Shown piece by piece: positions 7,295 through 13,833 of a stretch of DNA of 13,833 bases. This DNA comes from Candidatus Thorarchaeota archaeon (GTDB taxonomy: Archaea; Asgardarchaeota; Thorarchaeia; Thorarchaeales; Thorarchaeaceae): the NCBI GenBank assembly GCA_003345545.1, contig PRDH01000002.1:1-13833 (forward strand), read 5' to 3'. Each line of letters begins with the position of its first letter. Positions within the stretch are counted from its first letter, which is position 1. Position numbers and translations under genes: made by a program. The notes beneath the pieces were generated by a model. The model searched no databases, was not told the DNA's origin, and was given only the letters and a program-made list of their open reading frames with translations.

Positions 7295-8509
7295 ATGAGC
7301 AAGAGTCCTGCGGATACAAGAGAACGAAAAGAGAAACTGAAACGTGCTGTGAAAAAGCTCCATGAGGGCGCCTCGATGCAAGATGTGAAAGAGGAGTTCA
7401 AGGAGATTCTCAAGGACGCATCTCCCTTAGAAATCTCGAAAATAGAACAGGAGATGATAGAGGAAGGCATCCCAAGAGAGAGAATTCAAAGCCTCTGCGA
7501 TGTTCACCTCGAGCTATTCAAGGATTCGCTTCAGGAACCGAATCCGGATCTTCCTGAGACTCATCCCATCTACATTCTGATGCAAGAGCACAAAATCATC
7601 TTGAGTACGGCTATTAGACTGGCTGAGCTGGCACAGGTCTGTGGAGGCACCTCGGGACAAGTTCCTCCTCGCGAGGCAGTCTCGGGGATAATGCAGTCTA
7701 TAGAAGTCTTGAGGGAGTCTGCAAATCACTACCAGAGAGAGGAGAATGTTCTCTTTCCAATGCTGGAAGCCCACGGGATTACGCAGCCGCCCGCCATCAT
7801 GTGGTCTGAGCATGATACAATCAGGGGCATCGAGAATACGCTCTTTGGTCTCTTTGAGAAGGGGCCGAGGCTTGATTCGAAGGCAATGGAGACACTCAGA
7901 TCATCTGCTCTTTCGCTTTCAGAGACTCTCTCGAGTCACTTCTTCAAGGAGAATAATATCCTGTTTCAGACATCGCTCAAGCTGTTCTCCGACAGAGAGT
8001 GGAAGAAAGCCAGAGCTGACTTCGACGAGATTGGCTATGGAGTATTCAAGCCAATGACGGTTAAAGGCGAGAAGAAACGCAAAAAACAGACTGGTAGCAT
8101 TGATTCGGCTGGTGTGATTGAGTTTGAAACTGGCACCATGACGAGAGAGGTGTTGGATGCAGTGCTGAACGCTCTTCCAGTCGATATCACCTTCGTAGAC
8201 GACAAAGACAAGGTTCGATATTTCAGTCAGTCTCCCGAGAGAATCTTCGTAAGGTCTAAGTCAATAATCGGCAGAGAAGTGCGCAAGTGCCACCCGCAGA
8301 AGAGTGTTGACAAAGTCGAGCAGATTCTGAACGACTTCAGAGCTGGCACGCGCGACAAGGCAGAGTTCTGGATCAAAATGGGTGAAGCGCTCATCTACAT
8401 TAGATATTTCCCTGTGAGAGATGCAGAGGGCAAGTACTTGGGATGCTTGGAGGTAACCCAGAATATCGCGGACATGCAGAAGATAAAAGGAGAAAAACGG
8501 CTTCTTTGA
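7295..8509 (+). CDS. DUF438 + hemerythrin-like + PAS domain protein
   Basis: DUF438 (EIS.IEQEMIEEG..IQSLCDVH). Hemerythrin-like ligand motifs HP..LMQEH, HYQREENVLFP, MWSEHD, HFFKENNILF. PAS_10-type C-terminus DITFVD...VRYFS...IIGREVRKCHPQKS...AEFWI...YIRYFPVRD..G.YLG.LEVTQ. GGAGTGA lies upstream of ATG 7295 (TTG 7289 is an alternative). Confidence 0.92.
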   Translation: MSKSPADTRERKEKLKRAVKKLHEGASMQDVKEEFKEILKDASPLEISKIEQEMIEEGIPRERIQSLCDVHLELFKDSLQEPNPDLPETHPIYILMQEHKIILSTAIRLAELAQVCGGTSGQVPPREAVSGIMQSIEVLRESANHYQREENVLFPMLEAHGITQPPAIMWSEHDTIRGIENTLFGLFEKGPRLDSKAMETLRSSALSLSETLSSHFFKENNILFQTSLKLFSDREWKKARADFDEIGYGVFKPMTVKGEKKRKKQTGSIDSAGVIEFETGTMTREVLDAVLNALPVDITFVDDKDKVRYFSQSPERIFVRSKSIIGREVRKCHPQKSVDKVEQILNDFRAGTRDKAEFWIKMGEALIYIRYFPVRDAEGKYLGCLEVTQNIADMQKIKGEKRLL

Positions 8510-8611
8510 ACGGCCGACGAGTGGCACCTCGATTGTGAGGACGAAAGAGCCCCTAAGGCTCTGTTCCTTCTTCCACAAGATATGGAAGACTTGATATCCG
8601 CTCGCATCGGA
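8508..8611 (+). other. Hairpin-dense intergenic segment (possible structured RNA or terminator)
   Basis: Stems CCTC/GAGG (8527-8540), AGAGCC/GGCTCT (8546-8562), TCTTCCA/TGGAAGA (8569-8589) and TCCG/CGGA (8597-8611). Confidence 0.4.
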
Positions 8612-8627
8612 GAATACACGAGGAATC

Positions 8628-9383
8628 ATGGGAGTCGCAGTGGATAGCTTCGTGATGGCAATCGAGATAGCAGGCTCGGTTGCAGTGCTGGCTCTTATCT
8701 TGAGCCTCATCACAAGACTACGAACTGAACCGAGAAAACGTGGAGTGTTCGGGCGATTGCCTCTTCTTCTGCCAGCTGTCACCTTTGTGATTTCACTCAT
8801 CATTGTGGGACAACTAGGGATTCTCCCTATGGCCGAATACAAGGGTGCGAATTATATTGGCGAAGCAGCTACTTCTGGTGATAGATTTACTTTCAACGTG
8901 CACGAATCAAATGTGGTGTATTCCGAGAATGTCGAGTTGACGATGGAGAAGTACCTCATACCTGGTGAGTCCATCATTAACACCATTGATTTCTATCTCC
9001 TCGGCAGTCTTGTTGAAACAGTCTATGTCAATCTTGCTTCCACAGGAGTAGAAGACATGGTTACGGAACAGAGACTCCTTGATTTGGACCCAGGGCAATA
9101 TGAAGTGAGAATCCACAACACCTTCTATAGAGACGGAATCCCTGATGTACTGAACCATTGGGTCGAATTCGCATTATTGCAGTCTATGCAATCATCATTC
9201 CTACCTCAGTTAGAGATTTGGAGCACTATTCAATTCGGCGTGAATATTGGGTGCTTCTTCCTCATACTTGGTGGAGTGTGCATCGGTGACTCAAGTCGAC
9301 CGCGGCACGTTGATGAGAGAATTTCTGAAGAACCGCAGACAGACTATGGTGATGGGAGCCCTGAATACGGCAAAGGTTGCTAG
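8628..9383 (+). CDS. Hypothetical 3-TM membrane protein with an extracytoplasmic beta domain
   Basis: GAGG upstream of ATG. TM1, basic loop RLRTEPRKRG, TM2, beta-rich domain (LDPGQYEVRI), TM3, charged tail. Confidence 0.8.
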   Translation: MGVAVDSFVMAIEIAGSVAVLALILSLITRLRTEPRKRGVFGRLPLLLPAVTFVISLIIVGQLGILPMAEYKGANYIGEAATSGDRFTFNVHESNVVYSENVELTMEKYLIPGESIINTIDFYLLGSLVETVYVNLASTGVEDMVTEQRLLDLDPGQYEVRIHNTFYRDGIPDVLNHWVEFALLQSMQSSFLPQLEIWSTIQFGVNIGCFFLILGGVCIGDSSRPRHVDERISEEPQTDYGDGSPEYGKGC

Positions 9384-9437
9384 CCGTCATAGAGAGAGAT
9401 GATTGGGCCTAATTCATCAGCATACTGAGCGACTCTG

Positions 9438-10331
9438 CTAATCAGCAAATATCTGACAAAGTCCTTTAATCCTTTTTCTTGCAAGGAATTCTGCATCTGC
9501 CCGATGGAATCCCTTTGCATAGAGATGGTCTAGTATCTCTTCATGCTTAGCTTGGACCCAGAGTATGGCTTTTTGGGTCTTTACCCCGTTGAGAGCAGCA
9601 TCCACCACGTCTTGTCCGTAGCCCTGTCGGTAGCTGAATGAAATGACCGTAGCATCCGGGTAATCATGATCATGCTCGTATCTGGCAAAACCGACAACCA
9701 GATTGTTTGTGGGCTCTGTCATGAGGTAACAATTCCCACCCCGCAGCGAGAACTCAATCATGCGGTAGTCGCGGAGACCCCAGTACGTATCAGGAGTGAG
9801 ATGCATTATCAGAGGTATATCCTCTAACCGGGGAATCTTCACATCAAGAGCCTTTGCGAATGTCTTATCCTCAGTGGGCCCATCAAGCCTCAAGACAAGA
9901 GACTGTATGCCATAACCAAGTCGTTCAGCAAACGGAATCGCAGCAGGATTCTGAAGCTTCAGAGCCATCGCGAAGTGGGTCAGGGCGGGATTGCGTTCCA
10001 GAAGAGCGTGTTCCGACTCTTGCGCAAGACGAGTTCCAATGCCCTTGCGCCTCCATTCTGGATCTACTACAAGCTCCCAAATAGCGCCCCAGCCATAACT
10101 GTCTAGAACCATACTGATAGATACACCCACCAACTCATCTTCAACAGCTGCGACCCTCCAGAGAGCCAAGAGGTCACCAAGTATCTTGCTCCTATTCCAC
10201 CACCTTGAAAATCCATCATATGTCAAAGAGTCTACATTGGGTACCCCTGTCTGATATACGCGATAGAACGAGGACATTTCCTCCAATGTTGGGGGACGAA
10301 CTATTGTTTCAATCAAATCAGATGACCTCAC
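9438..10331 (-). CDS. GNAT-family N-acetyltransferase, probably a tandem GNAT
   Basis: Motif A LVVDPEWRRKGIGTRL and AIPFAERLGY. Degenerate second repeat SYRQGYG..LYAKGF. Start is GTG 10331, or TTG 10316 with GAGGT upstream. Confidence 0.88.
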   Translation of the reverse strand: MRSSDLIETIVRPPTLEEMSSFYRVYQTGVPNVDSLTYDGFSRWWNRSKILGDLLALWRVAAVEDELVGVSISMVLDSYGWGAIWELVVDPEWRRKGIGTRLAQESEHALLERNPALTHFAMALKLQNPAAIPFAERLGYGIQSLVLRLDGPTEDKTFAKALDVKIPRLEDIPLIMHLTPDTYWGLRDYRMIEFSLRGGNCYLMTEPTNNLVVGFARYEHDHDYPDATVISFSYRQGYGQDVVDAALNGVKTQKAILWVQAKHEEILDHLYAKGFHRADAEFLARKRIKGLCQIFAD

Positions 10332-10565
10332 AACGAGTGATATGATTCATTTATCCTATTCTCATTATGGCAATGAAAGAATCCAGACTGGCATTTATAT
10401 GCTATCAAACTCCGATAAGTCTGACTTCTACTCGAATTCCTTCTGACTGTCAGTTGTGCTGCCTCTGAGAACTGGAGGAAGCAAGAAACTGTGTTTCGCG
10501 AAGCTCTGTTATCCGGTCTGACATCTGCTCCTCTCTCTAGACCATTCGAAATCAGGACCATAACA

Positions 10566-10613
10566 GGGGGCAAAAAGGAAGAAAGAGAGGGAATGGCCCC
10601 AGTCCTGGGGTCA
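10566..10613 (-). terminator. Hairpin plus polypyrimidine tract after the Fe-S oxidoreductase gene
   Basis: The minus strand reads TGACCCCAGGACTGGGGCCA then TTCCCTCTCTTTCTTCCTTTTTG, starting a few nt after the TAG at 10620. Confidence 0.6.
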
Positions 10614-10619
10614 CTCTGA

Positions 10620-11936
10620 CTATAGCAGGTCATCGAGAACCTCAAGAAGTTCCACAACTTTGATCTTTGATCCGACGCTGGACAGGTTCTTGCCGGTTTC
10701 TTCCTCTTCCTTCTTGAGGGCCTTGATGCCGTCATTGAAATTGGTTATGCAGAACGGACATGACGTCATCAGGATGTCCGCACCGGTCGAGGCAGCCTCT
10801 TTCAGGCGCGCCTTCGCGGTGGACAGAGCCATGTCTGGGAACTGAGCCTTGACACCGCCTCCAGCACCACAGCAGAATGAATCACCCTTGATTCGATACA
10901 TCTCTCTCAACTCAAGTCCGGGAATTGCACTGAGGACGACACGTGGAATCTCGTAGTGTGCTTCCTTTGCCTTTTCGGCAGCCCTGCTATCAGTAAGCCA
11001 GTTCTTCGAGTTCTGGAGAATGTCCTTCTCAATAGCGATACCGACATGTCGAATGCTGTGACAGGGATCGTGCCAGGTGACCTTCTTGTTGTAGGGATTC
11101 TTGATCTTAAGTTTACCCTGTTGGAGAAGGTCATAGACGTACTCAACGGTGTGCCGTGTCTTGAAGGGGAGCGGCTTACCACTGATTCGTGGGTAGTCAT
11201 TCCTGATGGTCTTGTAGCAGCCAGCGCACGAGAAGAGCAGGAGGTCGAAGTCCTTGAACGTCTCTAGGTTCTTCTCCATCACCTCCTCGAAGGTGGCCTT
11301 TTGACCAGTCCTCAGGATGGGTGAACCACAACAGACCTCGTCTGAGATGATGGTGAAGTCGACACCGAGCTTCTTCAGGATAGACGCTGTACGGTCAGCA
11401 ACATGTTGCTGACGGTAGGCGCCTGTGCAACCCACAAAGTATCCAACCTTCACATTCTTGTCGATATGATCTGCATGCTTCTCCTGAGCCCACTTGGTGC
11501 GATCACTCCTTGCCTCATTGTAAGGATTCCGCATGTCATCGTTGCCGACCATCTCCCGGAACTTTGCATGCTTGGGCAGAGGATCTACACCAGATTCAAT
11601 GATAGCAGCCCTCAGTTCTTCCGTCACATGAACCGTGTCAATGTAGTTGGGACATTGAGTCTCACACATGCCACAGGTGGTACATGCCTCAGCAATCTCA
11701 AGGAATTCCGGACTAGCAGCAAGCTCTCCATTCAGAAAGGCGCGAGCCATCCACTGCTTTCCGGAGTTGAAATACCCCTCCCAGCCATAGTAGATACCAG
11801 CTGGGCACCCCTGAAGCATGCCGGTGTACTCCTCGGTCTTTCCTTCTCTGTCAGGTTCTCCAGAGTAAGCATACTGACATGCACGACAGTGAATACAGCG
11901 TGCATTGACTCTGCGAAGATCTTCTAGACTTGTCAT
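10620..11936 (-). CDS. Fe-S oxidoreductase, HdrD/GlpC/GlcF-like (2x[4Fe-4S] + two CCG domains)
   Basis: CIHCRAC...CP and CTTCGMCETQCP. CCG1: FVGC...VCCG...CAGC. CCG2: HDPC...FCCG...SCPFC. GGAGGAG upstream of ATG. Confidence 0.93.
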   Translation of the reverse strand: MTSLEDLRRVNARCIHCRACQYAYSGEPDREGKTEEYTGMLQGCPAGIYYGWEGYFNSGKQWMARAFLNGELAASPEFLEIAEACTTCGMCETQCPNYIDTVHVTEELRAAIIESGVDPLPKHAKFREMVGNDDMRNPYNEARSDRTKWAQEKHADHIDKNVKVGYFVGCTGAYRQQHVADRTASILKKLGVDFTIISDEVCCGSPILRTGQKATFEEVMEKNLETFKDFDLLLFSCAGCYKTIRNDYPRISGKPLPFKTRHTVEYVYDLLQQGKLKIKNPYNKKVTWHDPCHSIRHVGIAIEKDILQNSKNWLTDSRAAEKAKEAHYEIPRVVLSAIPGLELREMYRIKGDSFCCGAGGGVKAQFPDMALSTAKARLKEAASTGADILMTSCPFCITNFNDGIKALKKEEEETGKNLSSVGSKIKVVELLEVLDDLL

Positions 11937-12001
11937 CTCAATCTCTCCTCCGTGTTCTACCTAGCATTAAAGATGTTACGATTTGTAACTTTTTCAGCCC
12001 C

Positions 12002-13525
12002 CTACTTTCCCTTCTTGCATGGATTGGGCAGGTCCGTTACGCTCTCCCATGGGATTGCGAGACGACCTGGGTGTAATATTAGATTCGGGTCCAGGACCTT
12101 GCGGAACTTGACCAGCATCCTGTAGTACTCCTTGGCTCTGGAGAAGGTCTGCGGAGCATGCACGAATGGATCTGGTCGATAGTTGAGCCAACCCTTCTTC
12201 AGGAAACTCTTTGTGGTCTCCAGATTGAACTCGCGTATCTTGTCATAGATACCAGCCTTTGTACTGTCAAAGCAGAGTATGGGCATTACGATTGCCTGTC
12301 GCGCATGGTCTATGGACGCGACCCACATTGTCGGTGGAAATCCATGGCTCTCCATTGCTGCACAATACTCCTCCATCATCTTACTGGACTCGAGCCATGG
12401 GCAATACCATGTGATGAACAGGAATCCGGCTTCCCAGAGGGAGTAGGGAACAGCAATCTTGTTGGGCTTCTTGAGCCGCGAGGCAACCTGTTTGGGATGA
12501 AGCTGTTGTTGGGGCGTAACACGTTTCTCACGGACTTCGTAGTCCTTGTAGATCTTGTCAATGCCCTTCAGGGTGAAGTCGAGCTCCTCTTGGGACCAGG
12601 CCCAGACCTCATAGTTCATCCACTTCCTGTCAAGCCCAATCTTCTTGTAGAACTCATAGTCAAGCGGCACATTGGTCTTTGGCCAGCGTGTCTGGACGAG
12701 CTGGAAATTGCCGCCTTGGACCATCACGGTCCGATCGCTGATGCCCATCTCATGCCTTGATATCTCCCAGGCTGGCTTAACGACGTCATCCCATGATTCC
12801 CCGCCATACGCGACGACGGTCTTGTAGTGGGGATGGGGAACCATCTTGATAGCACACTTTGTGATGATGCCCATGGAGCCCTGAGAACCAAGGAAGAGAC
12901 CATCAGGGTTCGGACCGATACCCCAGCGATAGAATGGCTTTGCACCAGGAAGAGCCCATGAACCCGTATGGAACATCTCACCAGTGGGTAGGACTACCTC
13001 CAGACCCATAATCATGTCTGCCTGTGGGCCATATACGCCAGTGACCAGACTGAAACCACGCTCGATAGCATCTCCCAAGACAGTGGCTGCAGGGGGCGCT
13101 CCGTCGGGGATTGGTGGAGCCCAGTCCGGGTATTGAGTCTTGAATATTCTCCAGGCATCGCCAGATCTCACACCAGGCTCTACTACCATGACCCGATTCT
13201 CTGTATCCACCGTCATTTTGTCCATGCGGGTCATATCCATGTAGATGCCGCCTGGTTTGATTGCTGGGAGGGCAAAGCCGCCGCTCAGACCTCCAGCTGC
13301 AGGCGTGACAGGGCACAGGTTCTCATTTGCGACCACGAGGATCCTGGACACCTGTTCTGCATTCTCAGGTCTCACAATGACCTCAGGCAGTTCAGCTTCA
13401 AGACCCATGATGCCTCGTGCCATGTAACTGTGACGAAGTGGCTCGCTGGTTGTGACGTACTTGTCGCCACATATAGCGACCAGCTTCTTGACCACTGCGT
13501 CGGTGACCTTGTTGTAGTTGCTCAC
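12002..13525 (-). CDS. FAD-linked oxidoreductase of the VAO/PCMH superfamily (FAD_binding_4 + FAD-oxidase_C)
   Basis: PEVIVRPENAEQVSRIL, MDMTRMD, VVEPGV, GLEVVLPTGE..HTGS, GLFLGSQGSMGIITK, LDPNLILHPG. GTG start with GGAGG upstream. Confidence 0.92.
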   Translation of the reverse strand: MSNYNKVTDAVVKKLVAICGDKYVTTSEPLRHSYMARGIMGLEAELPEVIVRPENAEQVSRILVVANENLCPVTPAAGGLSGGFALPAIKPGGIYMDMTRMDKMTVDTENRVMVVEPGVRSGDAWRIFKTQYPDWAPPIPDGAPPAATVLGDAIERGFSLVTGVYGPQADMIMGLEVVLPTGEMFHTGSWALPGAKPFYRWGIGPNPDGLFLGSQGSMGIITKCAIKMVPHPHYKTVVAYGGESWDDVVKPAWEISRHEMGISDRTVMVQGGNFQLVQTRWPKTNVPLDYEFYKKIGLDRKWMNYEVWAWSQEELDFTLKGIDKIYKDYEVREKRVTPQQQLHPKQVASRLKKPNKIAVPYSLWEAGFLFITWYCPWLESSKMMEEYCAAMESHGFPPTMWVASIDHARQAIVMPILCFDSTKAGIYDKIREFNLETTKSFLKKGWLNYRPDPFVHAPQTFSRAKEYYRMLVKFRKVLDPNLILHPGRLAIPWESVTDLPNPCKKGK

Positions 13526-13734
13526 CTATAATCCTCCGTTATCAGCCGCCAGGGCTGAATCGTGAATTGTCGATAGCAGGTAGTCGCCTGAAAACACCAT
13601 CATAAATAGGCATCGGCTAGGAAGAATCAATCAACAATACTATTGAGATGGTTGACATTCAGCTACCATCGTTACGTAGATGTCACGAGTTATTATGGTC
13701 TGGAGATCTATGTCAACATCAAGGAGTTGCTGGT

Positions 13735-13833
13735 GTGAAGATAGGAATCCATATCGAACCTCAGATGGGGTACACTTATGACGATATAGTGATACTTGCT
13801 AAAGCAGCCGAAAAGGCAAACTTCTACAGCTTC
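13735..13833 (+). CDS. LLM-class (luciferase-like), probably F420-dependent, oxidoreductase, N-terminus (runs off the right edge)
   Basis: AAGGAG then GTG at 13735: MKIGIHIEPQMGYTYDDIVILAKAAEKANFYSF. This matches the EPQxGxTYDD...A..AE..GF start of TIGR03560-type LLM F420 enzymes. Only 33 codons are visible. Confidence 0.75.
   Translation, partial: MKIGIHIEPQMGYTYDDIVILAKAAEKANFYSF

Noticed and set aside
8261-8842. 193-aa minus-strand ORF
   Set aside because: Antisense to two better-supported genes, with no recognisable motif.
10328-10735. 135-aa minus-strand ORF whose TGA overlaps the GNAT GTG
   Set aside because: It crosses the oxidoreductase stop and terminator and has non-protein-like composition. 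A shorter version from ATG 10561 cannot be fully excluded but has no support.
12002-13525. Assigning glcD/dld or pchF, and hdrD/glpC for the partner
   Set aside because: Superfamily membership is clear, but the motifs do not support orthology to any one characterised enzyme.
11403-13531. Long plus-strand ORFs (174, 200 and 132 aa)
   Set aside because: Antisense shadows expected from the strong codon bias of the minus-strand operon.
1-13833. Selenocysteine/pyrrolysine readthrough, CRISPR arrays, tRNA/rRNA, IS elements
   Set aside because: All recognisable proteins are full length with Cys motifs intact, so no readthrough is needed. No regularly spaced repeats, cloverleaf motifs or transposase signatures were seen by eye.

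Overview
Gene-dense archaeal-type chromosomal window. GGTGA/GGAGG ribosome-binding motifs, frequent GTG/TTG starts, a CCG-domain oxidoreductase, a putative F420 enzyme and many small membrane orphans suggest an anaerobic archaeon, possibly Thorarchaeia/Asgard. That taxonomy is inference only. I see no rRNA, tRNA, CRISPR array or mobile element. From left to right: a truncated secreted protein missed by the ORF track; a sequon-rich membrane-anchored surface protein; a small TPR protein convergent with a helical orphan; a GctAB-like CoA-transferase plus HAD hydrolase operon; two tandem zinc-ribbon tail-anchored paralogs; a DUF998-like membrane protein; a Cys-rich HxlR regulator divergent from a DUF438-hemerythrin-PAS protein, with operator-like palindromes between them; a hairpin-dense intergenic element with a degenerate hammerhead-like core; a 3-TM orphan; a tandem GNAT; a FAD oxidoreductase plus HdrD/GlpC-like Fe-S operon; and the start of a divergent LLM/F420 oxidoreductase, also missed by the ORF track. 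The best leads are (1) the flavoprotein, which carries VAO/PCMH (4-alkylphenol oxidase subgroup) motifs but is paired with a CCG Fe-S protein rather than cytochrome c, (2) the HxlR/hemerythrin-PAS redox-sensing unit, (3) the Zn-ribbon tail-anchored pair, and (4) the structured RNA-like element at 8508-8611. All assignments come from reading motifs by eye; no searches were run.
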